64,000 bases of DNA from positions 491,740-555,739 of the forward strand of contig NMRA01000187.1 of assembly GCA_002633005.1 (NCBI GenBank), written 5' to 3'. The position numbers and the translations under genes are program-made. Under the pieces are notes generated by a model, which saw nothing but the letters and a program-made list of their open reading frames with translations, was not told where the DNA came from and did not search any database. Origin of the DNA: Phoronis australis. Lineage: Eukaryota; Animalia; Phoronida. Below are positions 15,301-28,635 of the stretch, piece by piece; positions within the stretch are counted from its first letter, which is position 1, and the number at the start of each line of letters is the position of its first letter.

Positions 15301-17147
15301 GCGACAATATTACTTCTCCTGCTTGGGTAATACATGGAGTTTAAAGTCGTTCTGCGTATTTTTCAGGTGTATTCGTAGAATGTAAAAATAATTAATAAAA
15401 TGTACATTTGTTTAAAGATGTTTTAAAATTGAAATATAAGATTATAAATGTGTACAGCAGTAAAGATAAAAGATTTTGATTAGTTCTTATTTTTATACTG
15501 CCGCGTTTTGAGCACGTGTAACTGATGTTTATTTTAGGCGCTGAGGGTATTTACAGAAATTTTCGAAATTATTAACAGTCGCGCGTGGAATTTACAAACC
15601 TGGGCCCCGTCTTGTCAAGGGTCGCAAGCCTGTTATCATCTACTTGTCGGTGGTATCATCAACTATTAATGGCGAAAAATTCATTGACGTGGTTCATGAA
15701 GGTGTGCACTCAGCTTATATGTAGACCGCCATCACGTTTACGTCAATAGCAATTGTTTTGCTCGTGTAAAAATGAAGCGACGCCTTCTCTAAAACATGCC
15801 TACGACCGGAACTGTGACCTTTGATAAAACGGTCCCCTACTGTCTTGTAGTTGTTACATTAGGTTTAATGGTCAACTATTTTGGGGGGTAATTGTTGCTG
15901 TTATAATCTTATCAAATCTATTCTTGTTACGCTTCATCCAGGTAATTTTAGGAACAACAGTACTGGGGCAGTAAAAGCGACTTTTGTAACTAAACGCCAG
16001 ACATGACACTGATATCGAGAAAAGTAACAAATTAACAAGCATTTGAAATTATTCTATTAACGGCTATATCATCATCCCCTGGTACTGAAGACGGCAGTTC
16101 AGAGGAAAGGGTAGATTTTTTTCCTTAAATCAAAGTTCTTCAGTATAGTTGAATAAAAACCTGTCTGTGGGATTTTTGTGTGTCTTGAGTTGAAATGGTC
16201 GCCTACTAATTGTGTTTCAATCTGTCTCGTTTAGTCGAGCCACGGATTTTGAACTTCGAGCTCAAGAGACTGCAGTGTCATACTAGTGGGCTGCTCAGTT
16301 CTCAGACATGCATACATAAACGACTAAGGTTGATGCATTTAAGCGTGCATAGCAGACCGAAAGAAAATGTTGATGACTACAGACTGCAGTACGGCCTGTT
16401 TACATCAAGTACCTTAAAATTACGCTGCACTTATGTGACTGAGAGGAAACTTGCTAGAAAGGATGCCGAATGATCGATGTTATGATGATTGTACATAACT
16501 TCTATAAATATATATACACTTGAGATGGTATTCCTAAGAGGGGATAATTCTGTGCTAGCATTCTTTGCTTTTCCCTTCCGCGATCCGCGTCATTTGAACT
16601 CTAGCGCATGTTTCCAGAAATGCAATCAGCGTATTCCTCAAACTTTTTGTAGCGTGTCACGATGTCAGAATTGAAATGTTGAGTGCTTTAAATCACTCAT
16701 TAGAGATCGCTGCACTGTGTGGAACCCACTCCGTAGTGCATTTATGAATGAAGTTGTCCGTTTAAACGTATTGTAAGACATGTTCATTAGGAATCTAGGG
16801 ACCATTTTTCAAAGGTTGTACGCTCGGTCGTAGCTATGACGGTCATAGGCTTGTTACTGCGAACACGAGCGAGCGTTCCTCATGAGAGCGAAACTGCAAA
16901 AGACGTTAAGTTGGCCACGTTCATGAACTGAGTACGAGTAAGGTATAACTAGGGTTACTACATTCTCACTGGTGGAAGTTAAAAAGTTGCTACTGTCTTA
17001 TCTGTGATCTTAAGTACAACCTTTGGCAAAGCAGGCCCCTATTTTAGCGTTTAATTGGTGTCTTATAATCCTAACAAGCTCGACTACGTTTTCCACGTGC
17101 ATTCGAAGCATGGAAACGCCTCGGGTATTTTCTTGGACTGGAAGCTC

Positions 17148-17263
17148 CTCTCGTTGGTGAACGGCATCTGCGCATGCGGGCTTCAGTCACGTGACTTTTA
17201 AACTGGGCAATGATTGGTAGGACTGAAGTTGGCACGTGCGTAGATCTCGTTCACCTTCGAGGG
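17148..17263. repeat. Imperfect inverted repeat (~42 bp arms) in the Six1/2 intron, MITE-like
   Basis: CTCTCGTTGGTGAACGGCATCTGCGCATGCGGGCTTCAGTC (17148-17188) matches the reverse complement of GACTGAAGTTGGCACGTGCGTAGATCTCGTTCACCTTCGAGGG (17221-17263) with several mismatches. Confidence 0.7.
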
Positions 17264-20200
17264 TACGTTCGAGGCTACGAAAATACTGGAGGTGTTCCGG
17301 ATGGCATTCGAACCTGTTGCGTTTGTTTGTGTCTTTTTGGCCAATTGTCAATCTGAGTGGTAAAAGTTAGTTTCTCGGTCCAGATTGAAGAACAAAATTG
17401 TGGGTCTGTCCAGATCTTTATGACTTTAATGCTCTCAAACTTTGCACACACTGTGTGTTCCGGATTCAACAACCTGTGAAATCAAAGGCAAGGGTATGAA
17501 ATCTTTATTTTCTTAAACACGCTGGTGCTTTTCTTCGATCAACAAGAGGTGAACGTTTTGTGTATTAAAAGCTCACTCGAATGCATACGAGTGAACGTCA
17601 ATAAAAGCCAATCAAGATTTCACGGTTTCTGTTTGGACACATTCTTTGTGCTGAATAGACCAACCGTAGTCCATTGTACTTTGTGCTGTGTCAAAAAATA
17701 AGACCCTTCGCTGTTTGTTGGCTGTAGGTCATATGTTATTTGTACTCCGACTAGGAATCTCGCGAGACTCCTGTCTGAAGGCAAACTGTAAATAGCTGCG
17801 TGTAGGAAATTTTGAAAGAGTCATGAAACTAAATTGCAATGAAAAGCCTCGGGAAAAAATGTTGCAATTTACGGTTGAATTAAACCATATGGCTTTTATT
17901 ATAGCTAGAATTGGTCGGTCGATTAAAACTGGTGTTTGTCATAATGCCGTGGCGTATAAAAGGAACGTACAATAATGACGTGTAGAATACGACAACTTTA
18001 ATTTAGCCATCTTATGGCCTACATATCAGCCAGTTATGCGATTTTCGCAATGAAACGCATTGCAGGGCAAACGTCACTCGTCGCACGTGCTGTCTTCACA
18101 TTATTGTATGTATTTCTTATTTCTGCTCGTTCACACCAGGACTCCAGCAAGTTCTTGCTCGCCCATACAACTCCAGCATTATTTCGCTTTCTGCATGTGT
18201 GACTCGTAGTTCGTAATACATGGAACCTTATTGCTTTTGCTGTTGTAACCCTGTTAATGTTTATCTTCTTAAAATGCCGAGCAGACATCATCTTCAGACT
18301 TTCCCAAAATGGTTTGCGATTTTTAAACTTTTGGAGCAGGAATACACCTTAGCCTTAGTTGGGTACACGGACGCCACCACGGGGTATATGGGCAGCCAAA
18401 AATTCTTGTGAAGGCGAAATGGCAAAAGTAAAACTGCGACTGTGCAGGTGTAGCTCGTAATTTAATGTTATATACTTATCAACGACTTCGTATCTATGTT
18501 ATTTGTTACCTTGGATTCGATGTCCCTTCAAATCTTAAGTGTTAGCACCTCATACTTGTTATAAATTTTGATGGTCATGCAATGATGTCTCGCTCAGGTT
18601 GTAGACTAGAGCATGTCAACCAATACTTCCCATCGGTAAATAGTTGCTTTCGAACACTATAGAAATTGAGAATAATTGGCCTTTCCTTTGGTTGTGTATG
18701 TCCGTGAATATTTATTTGGAACAGGTGCTACATTGACAATCGCGACCTTTACTCAAGACTTTGTTCACGCCCGTTTGTTAACTGGGCCTGAGTCGTCGAT
18801 CTTTGGTAGAGCAATTGCTCCGTGAACAATAGCGGCTTTTCTTTGGAATAGTTTTTGAGGTCGAAATTCGCGATCAGATCTGGTGGTAAACAGAATCCGG
18901 GTCACTGACGCTTGTGGGATCGTTGTCGTTTGATGACTTCAGGTTAACTTTTCAACGTATTCTGTAATACGACGTGAAATTGCCAATTCTTAACAACTTC
19001 CTATATTTCCTTTAAATTGCATGATTGCAACTACATTTTAGCCTCATACTTAGAATAGGACAAACTTTAGCTCAAGTTCTCAAAAGTTTTGAATCCTTTT
19101 TAAGAATTATAAAAATACACAGACTATCATAGCCTTACGCATTGAAGCACTGAAGCGTCAAAAGGAACATTAACTTTTAATAGCTCACTAGCGAATATGA
19201 ACTACCCATTGTGTTACCAAAAAGCTGAGCTTCGTCTGAGGTTCCGCTCTGCTGCACTGTCGTAAACAGACAACAATGTGAAATGCGCGATCGTTCCTTG
19301 CAATGTTGAGCCTGAACAATGGTGCAGAACTCCTTATGGTGGTCCCAGATTTTGAGAAGTAGGCAATCGCTGGATAATGCCCGCTATTCAATGAATAAAT
19401 CTGATTCTCAAAATCAGGGACCACCTAAAGGGACCAAAACCCGTGTGCTGTGTGATTGCATTGCTCACGTGGTACGCATGCTCGATCTGAACGCAGAGAA
19501 CATCTTGCGGCAGTGACCTCCAAAGTAATCAGTGATGGAATTGGCCGTGTCACCGGTGATCCGTTTTGCTTTTTGTACGGTTCTGCCCGATATATAGAAA
19601 CTACGTAATAGTCATTCACGGCTTATTGCAGGTCATACATCCTGAAATAGTCCTCTACGTTCAAACTGATACAATAATGTGCGCAATAATTTGAAGACCT
19701 GCGCACGTTTCTTTGAGTTGGTCTTCGTCACTCTAATTACAGTGGAAGAACAAAGTGAAATATCTATAAATGTTATCCGTCTAATTTAGATTTGTTAATT
19801 ATGATGCCTTAATTCTGTCTTTGACGCGTGAAACTGACATAAGAAAGAAGCGAGTGCCATTCATCTACCTGCAGTAATTAGCTCCGTACGTCAGGTAATA
19901 ACTGAAGCTGTTCCTTCTCGTGGAATTAAATTCACCCATGACAGAAATAAGATTGTTACTGGTGTTTTACCATGTAGGATGTTCAATTTTGACACTCGCT
20001 GTTGCACCTGAGAGACCGCACTGTAGCTTACGGTGACAAAAAGTAATACCGGGTACGCTCAAATGGGTGATTCCGCAATACCGAGGTATCTTCATGAAAG
20101 CTGTGCACATGCTTAAAATTAGCGATAAATCGCGTAACAGTTCTATTTCAAAATGCCGAGATTCTTCATCGTAATTGTGTAGATATTTTGTTTGGTACTT

Positions 20201-22156
20201 TCATAGGCTGATTTAATTTTGCATCGGTGATTTCGTGACTTAATGAATATCGCTTCTAATCAAACGTACTTAAGTATAAAAGTAGCAAACATTTGACTTC
20301 ACATCGCTAGTTGTTGGAAGTTGGCGGTGAAGGGTCGTTGATGCCTCTCGGTGAAATAACCGTGTCTTTCACTCAATGGACTCTTTTAAGCTTATTGGGT
20401 GTGGCAACGGCCCTACCTGTTGAAATGCACGCATCATTCTTGTGTTCACGCGGGACCGTTGAGTTCACTGACGCCCCCCCCCCCTCACCGATGAACTGTA
20501 TCCTGCTGTCAATTTACCCAGATATTAAAAAGACGAGCATTTACTCAGTAAAATCACCTGGTGAAAAGTAAGTCTCAAACTGATCGTTCTTGACGCTTTT
20601 CGTCGATATGTGCCAACTCATTCGTTAATTGCTCAAAACGCACTTATATGCACCCACAGTAAATGATCGCGCAAGATTTATAACATTGTCCGGGTTCACT
20701 GGTCGTCCGTTCCTCCAAGAAAAATCGTCTATGTTCTTGCGGACGAACGCTATGGTCTTCCTCTTAGCAATTAGTTTTGATGGGGAGAGTGATGGTTGAA
20801 AGATAGTTGCATAACACACATAATGACGTGTGTGTAGGGAGAACAATGTTATTATCCAATAAACCACACCACTAATGTGTTTAAATCGTTGCTAATTTGT
20901 GCCTAGCGCGTGAGTAGACCTAATGGGACGATCATGGTGGCGCAACGCGTTTCGAAATGTTGTGTAAGCGCAAAAACTCACCAACACAAATGCGTTCGTC
21001 GTGTAATAGTAAATTCTATGCTAAACAAATGTTGATCATCAATTTAAAGTTAGGGGATTTACCTTGTATAGCGTTGGTTGTACAGGACAGATATATGCGT
21101 GCAAAGTCTTCTCGTGAAACTTGAAAACAAAAGACACAAACCTCATTGCACCACAGAACGATGCAGGTATCATACCTAAACAAAATCTGAATCACCTAAT
21201 AGTTGGTTTTAATATTAGTCCAGGTATTCCCAAAATTAAGCATAAATTCCGTACACAAATTTGATCCTCATAGTTCATTTACATAATTTATGTACTCAGG
21301 CTGCTTCTATTGAGCTCAGAATACCGGAAGGCATTGGGATTTTTAATAATTTAAATATACTTGTGTCGAGGTGAAAAAATAGCGTTTACTAAAATGTTAG
21401 GGCACCATGTGCGCATTTTTGGTGCCGTCTAAATCTGCACACGTTAAGATTGATTGGAATTCTCTTGTCATGCATTTCTCGATATATCTTTTTGAAAGTC
21501 TCGAAATATCTCGTTTTGAGCAACCGTGTGTGACCGTTATGATCAATCGTACAGCGCTTCCCCAACCACGGCCGTCCATACAAATCTTGCTTGGTTGATT
21601 TTAGACTCTAAATTGAAAAGTCAGATTTAATTAACTTCAAAATGCTTAAAATGTTTGCATGTCTTGGCTGTTTTTCGCACATGGTCGCACTAATAGACTT
21701 GGAAATTGGATTAAACTCAATTTCCTTAAGTTAAGCCGGTTTACCGTGATTTCTTCAATTTCGTCTAATTATCTGTCAACTTTTGTGTTATAGTGCTTGG
21801 TTAATGCTGAAGTCGTGATTCTGTACTTGTTTCATCATTAAAACCGGATGTCGACTGCTGCAATTTGATTTCATAATCTCCTGCCGGTTCCTTTAGTCAG
21901 GCGTCCTCAAATATGTAGGAATACCTAAATGATACGAGTAAAACGCCCCAGTTTGTCCTCGTATAAACATTGTATTAAAAAAACAACCCGATTGGTTTTG
22001 ATACCGAACTGACATTCGGACACTGGCGTTTAGCGAAATTGACCAAAAAGCGACGCCGATAGAGCCATCGACGACGATGAATAATACTTTGTTCTTTTGC
22101 AAATGCAAATCCTTTCTAGGCTCTTGCAGTGCATAATAATCTTGTCTTGTTTACAG

Positions 22157-22418
22157 AGATTCCACACTTGCGTCGGCCTCAGGTATGGACGCCGCCTCGT
22201 CCCCGGAAACCATAAAGCAAGAAGATTCGGACGGTAGCTTGAGCGGCGGTCACGGGGGTAAATTGGACGACAGTCCGTTACAGTCTAGTCACCATCATCA
22301 ACAGATGTACTCAGAACTGCATAAATCGTCTTTGGCGCAAAACAACGCCATGTTGTTATCCATGCCGCAAACGACATTGGCGGAAATGACCATGTTATCA
22401 GAATATCAAACATTATGA
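22157..22418 (+). CDS. Six1/2: Six1/2 coding exon 2 (Ser/Gly/His-rich C-terminus)
   Basis: Pyrimidine-rich acceptor CTTGTCTTGTTTACAG ends at 22156. The phase-2 join AG+A gives Arg, then DSTLASASG runs in frame into ORF 22185-22418. Total CDS is 605+262=867 nt (288 aa). The intron is about 9.8 kb and falls right after the homeodomain, as in vertebrate Six1/Six2. Confidence 0.85.
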
Positions 22419-22957
22419 TCTGGGACCGGAAGGACGTGTTTGTTTGTGTTCTGTTTGCGCAGGAACGCTTAAAGAGATTTCTGTAGAGGATGGAATTTGG
22501 GTGCTGAGACAGACATGAAGGAATAAAGATCTCATGAAGTATCGTCACGTGTGCTGTCTCTCGATATTTTTCGAAATTTCCCCAGTCACTTCGTCTCTAG
22601 TTGAATGTTTTATATTTTCCTGAATAATGGTCATTTTACGAATGGTCGTTATCTATTTCCCTGTTAAATAACCGGGAGCTGCTGCTCTTTGTTAAAATCA
22701 TTTCTGAAGTAAAGTTCCTTTTCTAATGCACGTGAGAGAGATACTCAACGTTCTACATTTTGTAAGCTGGTGAGCGCACAATGCACGTTATCGGCTTTGT
22801 AAAACTAAAGAAATTTCATGTCCTTTATACCTTGCGTGTATATTTTGCTCTTAAGCTCTTGCGTCAATTTCATGAAAAGTGACTAAGACTTACTTGTAAG
22901 TTGGAAATTTGGTCTTCCGCTTCGCACAACTATTTCCGTAAAACAATTTAAACCTCA

Positions 22958-23109
22958 GGGCTGAGTTGCATAAAGCTTCAAAAGTTATCTGCTGGCTAAG
23001 TTTGATTGTTGCATGACGTCAGGTGCATTGTTCAACAATAACAACGTGGCACGTGATCATGCGACGTCATTGTTGGTATACGGCGTATAGCTTTTATGCA
23101 ACTGGGCCC
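22958..23109. mobile_element. MITE-like element within the predicted Six1/2 3' UTR
   Basis: Terminal inverted repeats GGGCTGAGTTGCATAAAGC ... GCTTTTATGCAACTGGGCCC. A related single end (GGGCCCTGTTTCATGAAG) occurs near 39846. Confidence 0.7.
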
Positions 23110-24456
23110 AGGTGAACAAACGAGTAAAGTCTTTGAGAATATCAGGGCTTGAGAATATCAGGGCTTGGAATTTTCTTCTTTATAGAAGATTTCTTACTTC
23201 TGGTTTCTATTTTTTCTTAGTTGATTTCCAGTTTCCTCTTTTTTCGTCTCTTTTTAATCATTGTTTTGACTTTATTCTGACGAAAACGTTCATTTCAGTT
23301 AAATTTAACAACACAAAAAATATTTCTATCTCACAAGCCTATTTATTTGTGGAACGATACATCACCTGGAAAATTTTCCTCTTTTTTGTCATTGGTCATT
23401 CCAAGCCGTGGAATATGTAGATTACTGTTAGTTACTGAGATAATTTCTACAAGATATTTATACGGTGTTGCTCGCTCATAATTACTTGCCTAAATCTTTT
23501 CTCAGCATTTGTGATGTAAGACCAAATTTCTGTCTCAAGGAGTAAGCCACTGATTCTTGAAACAGACCCCAGGATTGACTATATAAACCCGAGAAAATAA
23601 ACTTAGGAAGAGTTCTGTGCTATTTAGAATCTGCCAAAAAGCCTGTCTTCTAACTACGTGATGCTTTGTTGATATGCTTTTACGAAATGGTGCTTCTAGA
23701 CTGTTGCGTTATCTAGGCTTGAAATCTGTCGTAGAAATTATTTATTTGATCTGTAGTGTATTGCATTTCTGAAATTCGGTGAACCCTAAACTTTTCATTT
23801 TATTCTGTTTTAAAAGTTTCTCCTGGACCTCATTGCTTGTTCTATATTTGTTAGTTAGATGTCCTTCGATGTAATTACTTTTTTAAAAAAATGGTGTTGA
23901 CTATATCAAAAAGGAAATCGATTGCGGGAGTTACTATTCTCAGGCGTATTGTTGAAAAAAACGGTGAGTTATTTTACTTTGATTTTACCTTTGTTTTAAA
24001 ATCTTGGCCGGGCCTCAAACTAATCAACTTCATTCACCACCGCATGTTCTTCTAAACGGAACAAATTTTACTTCGTTTAGAATTTACTGTGCCAATGTTT
24101 TACTTCAAATATAATCTTGTTTTTCTTGACTGCTGACAGGTTATATTTGGCTTCCTGCGTCGGATTCAAAATTTGCGATTTCCAGTAATTACCAACACCA
24201 ATTAAGCGCAGTCTTTAATTTATCTTTCATTTGATTTCCGTAGTCGGGTATAGGCATTGTCTTGCACGCACTAGACAAGTTATCCTCTCTCTTTTATAGA
24301 CCGTACGTCTTGCTGTTAGCTATTTTTCTTGAATTTTATTTGCTAGTCGCGTGCACATGTACTTGTGCATAAATTGGAGTCAGGCTAGAGGTGTCATACA
24401 GTTTAAAACCATTAATTTGTGGTATATTTTTCGAATTGTTGAACAGATTTATTGAA

Positions 24457-24500
24457 AATAAAACTTTTCAAGTTAGTGATTCGTGTATTTATGTGGGCCA
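24457..24500 (+). terminator. Candidate Six1/2 polyadenylation signal
   Basis: AATAAA at 24457-24462 followed by a GT-rich downstream element (GTGATTCGTGTATTTATGTGG), ending a T-rich stretch. This implies a 3' UTR of about 2 kb. Confidence 0.5.
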
Positions 24501-27500
24501 AAAAGTTAAATATTTCGAGAGGTAGAACTGTCACATTTCGAGGCTCTTACTGATCAACAAAACACTTTTTGAGAAACGAGACGTGTCAATCGACTCTTTA
24601 TTGAGTAATTATAAAAACAGCTAACATTTCATTGAATTCAACAAATGGTTGCATTATTCGCGAACTGGTATTGTTTTGTCGACCCCAGAATTGAAAGTCA
24701 AGTTGCAACTCCTGAATCCTTTGCAAGACGTGATGTGTTCTCTGTGCACAAATTAGGATCGACGTCTACTAAGACGCTGTAGTGAATGAAATATAAGTTA
24801 GCTACTGAACCTGTCATTATTACGTGCACTACTAAAGAATAATTTGCACTAATTAGGATAATCATGTATTGACATTGACCCGGTTTTGCGGTGGAGCAAG
24901 TGATTCAAAAGAACGTTTTTCAACCATGGCTTAACTTTTACGCAAACATAGGAGTCTGACAAAATTCGAACGCCGAAAAAATCTGCTGTATTGTAATTAT
25001 TTTCAAAATCCTGATAACGACTGCGTTCTACCGTAGCAACGTTGTAAGACACGTTAGCAAACAGTTTCTTGTGACAGGGCATTGCCCATAGTTCTTAGAG
25101 AACCGTTTGAACGCAAAATGTGTCTTATTATTTAAACCAATAGTTGAAAAAGTAATTTAACGAAAACTCAAAGCCCACACCTACACATATAATGATAGTC
25201 AAATCTTTTTAAAATGTCACCTACGTATTGAAACAATGCCCTTCTTCTGATCGTGTCACCGTAATTTCTGTCGCAACATTTACAGTACAACATATTTGAA
25301 AGCCCACACGCGCTCACGCTTAGAACAAACATATTAAATTTCCATCGAATTGTATTGCCACTACAATAGCTGGAAAAGATTGAGCAAACATTCGTTTCAG
25401 TCTTTTGTTAAGTTCTAACAAGACGTCCCTATCTTTCTTGACACTTCGCCATTCAGGACGAAAAAAACGTTGACACCTGCGCGGAGAGTTTCCGGTCTTC
25501 AGGGTGTTTCCATTTTCCCCCAATCAACGGTTTGTTTAGTTTGAAATAAGGAAAAAGTACTTTTGCACCCGTCTGTTTTTCTTTTGATTATTATGGAATG
25601 AAAATCTATCTACTCTTTGATTGGCACACATGGGTGGTTATATTGACAGAATCAGTCATATGGACGCTTCATAGTGTTTGCACTGTATTCGACTGTTCGC
25701 TCCATGTGTGTGCCGTGCTAATGGAGTTGTGAACCAACAACACGCATGGTCTAACTAGTTTTTAACAATGTCATTCTACCTAAGTGTTAGTCTAAGTAAC
25801 TAACGCGGTAATCGTTTTGTGTTATGAGAAATAACAAAAAGATGATGGGTTTAACCGGTTGCGTATTTTCTCTCTCTTTGCCGCATTCACAAACATGTCT
25901 GTGGCTGACGGAATCTTGAACAACCGTCGAAACCCAAGCGAACCAGTTTCAATCTCCAACATTGTAGATTTCTTCACCACCTGCTGGTGGTGTTTGTAAA
26001 GCACGCTGAAAACCTCGAACAATTTACCTATTTAGTCGGATGACTCGGGTCAAAGTACTTCTTGTATAGCATTATATATATATACATTATGCTTTGACAT
26101 TTTTGTTTGACCGGAAGTGCACTCGTGACGTCACGGCACCTCGAAGTTCATTGACGAATGCTTGTTTATGAGTCGTGTAATCTCACCAAATGCATTTTCG
26201 CTATCGAGCGCATCTTTAAATGTAAACAATTTGTTTTAATATTTATCAATGAAGCTTACTGTCTGAACCTTCACATGAAAATGGATGTGTTTATGACGGT
26301 TGTTTAATGCCATTCACAGATGCGTTAAGTCTTCAGTTTATCCGCATTCATGACGCCGGTTTTCAACACACTCCGCATCTGTGCAGTCAACGGATCTAAG
26401 AATATTATTTGAAATGAATGGACCAAAACGCGGGCAATCGAATTGCGTGTTGATATCAAAAAGACGTTCTAAAAGGAATCCTAAAACCTCATAAAAATAT
26501 CTCAACAATAAAATTCTTGACGAAAACTTTTCACCTGAAGACAGAATTCTCTAAGTTCTTCGAGGGATTCACAATACACTGCAAATCCGTTTTACCAGTA
26601 CACTGTTTTTTCACGTTTTGATTTGATGAATTGTTTGCTGTTGTTTATCGTCTATATGTCATTGGCCGTGACGGTCTGAAAGACGTCGTGCAAAAACATT
26701 TATTTAGCATGGCTGGCCAAATTAACACCATTGTGGACAAGGTGATCGAAGTAACTCGACTGTTGACACACAGCTATTCGATCTATTACTCGTTACATGA
26801 TCTCTTTTCAGCCACCAAACATTCACTCATTCAAAAATGTATAATAGCCAATCAAAGTGCATAAAATTCATTATCGCGACGTTGTTACCGCAAACGTAAC
26901 TGAATAGCGGCAAGCCGGGTATTTTGACTTAACCAAAACGTTTTTGTACCCGAAGTTGACTTATGGTCCCAAAACCTATCGTGTCCCAGTAGGTCTCCCA
27001 GATGAACCGGTGACTTTTCCTGAATATTCTTTTCTGATATTATCGTCAACACATTGAAAAATAATGGCTTAAAAACCTAGCCTATTCCGTAATCATTCAT
27101 GAGACAGAGAAGAAGTTACATTTCGAAGAGTCAACGGCAGACCACTTATTAATAATAAAAAAAATTATAAAAAATCTCGGAATTGGATATGTATTTAGTA
27201 AAATACGTGTTTTTAGAAATTTGGAGTAATCAGCCTCACGTGAAACGGTGTTTTCGTTTCAAACATGAATCGTTAAACAAGGTAATGTAAAACGTGCACA
27301 CAGTTGACGGCGAGCACTGAACAAATTTCGGTACAGTCATAACGTATTTATTGCACTGCAAGCAATAGAAAACGATTTACATTAAATCAATATAACTTGT
27401 CAAGAATAAATCGCAAGAAGTATTTTTTGCCCATTGTTTTAGGTAAACTAATAGTTGCTTCAATATTTGTATTTCAGTCTTGAATGTGTTTGCACACACT

Positions 27501-28494
27501 TAGTCACGAAAATTTACTGCAACCTGAGTGAAATAATAAACGTCGCGAGGTCCACTCAGAAATTGGTAAAGAAATTTTGAACTCCACGTTTAAGGCAAGA
27601 CGGATTACTAATTTGCGCATTGCATTTTATTTGCCTCAAATTTATACTGGAATATTTTCATGAAGTTGGTCTGCAAATTTATTCACTTGTGATCACTTAA
27701 AACTTAAAACTTTGAAATGTAAGAGAATTCTTGTAGCGGTGTATTATGCAAACATTGACACGATGTTGGAAATGTCACTGAATTTATATTTGTTTTTCAC
27801 TTGCTGATTTACGTATGAGATCCGACCGCGACTTTCTACCGGCATATTATCCCCAGCAAAGGTGTGCCCGTGGCAGCAAAACAAAACGCAAAGTAAGCTT
27901 GGGAGAACTTCGCGAGGCCAGAGTAGACATGTCTTTTTGTATACACTCCTCCGTTAGTGACATTACAGGGTTAGTTGTTTGAGTACATTTTGAAAACCAT
28001 TTATAAACTTTAATCAAATATTTGATCATAGCTTAAAAAATCCATTATCCACAATGAGCGTGAAAGTTCTTATTAGGCATATGTTTGCAGTACTTAAATT
28101 AAACAGATTTCCAACATTTTATTTTGTCAGATCAAGTAGGCATGTAGGCCAAGACAGAGCGTGCCACATTTGACATGTTTAATTAGACGTGTAAACAGAC
28201 ACAGGCTGGTATAGATTTACATCATGTGTACTTTTCTTTTCGATACCATTTGGCTTTATATTTAACAAGAAAGCATTGTCAAAACAATTGGTTTAAACTA
28301 AATTCTGCTTGGCAAGAGTCCGCGACTCACTATCCGTCCACGAACCAATATCATTCCGTTATTACTGTCACTATTTACAGTAATTATCATCGTCACCACC
28401 GTTGTCGTCGACATTGTCGCTGTCGTCACTGTTGACATTGTTTCACCGTCATCACCTGTCGTTGTCAAAATCACAATCGTTTTCAAATATCGAT

Positions 28495-28635
28495 GGCTGC
28501 ACTTCATTCACTCCGCCTGTTCAGCCGGGTCAACTAGCGAAAACATCTGATTGGTTTACGATTACGACTTTTCGCTTACAAACCAATCAGATGCCTTATC
28601 CGGTTGACCCTCTGATGAAGTAAGCAAGTGCAGTC
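28495..28635. mobile_element. ~140 bp foldback MITE-like element, copy 2
   Basis: GGCTGCACTT...AAGTGCAGTC termini and internal CATCTGATTGGTTT / AAACCAATCAGATG dyad. Alignable by eye to 3874-4016 and adjacent to a degenerate (GTC/ATC)n tract. Confidence 0.7.

Noticed and set aside
25488-25505. CTGAAGA-CCG-GAAAC on the minus strand as another hammerhead
   Set aside because: There is no room for stem II and no supporting stems, so it is a chance match.
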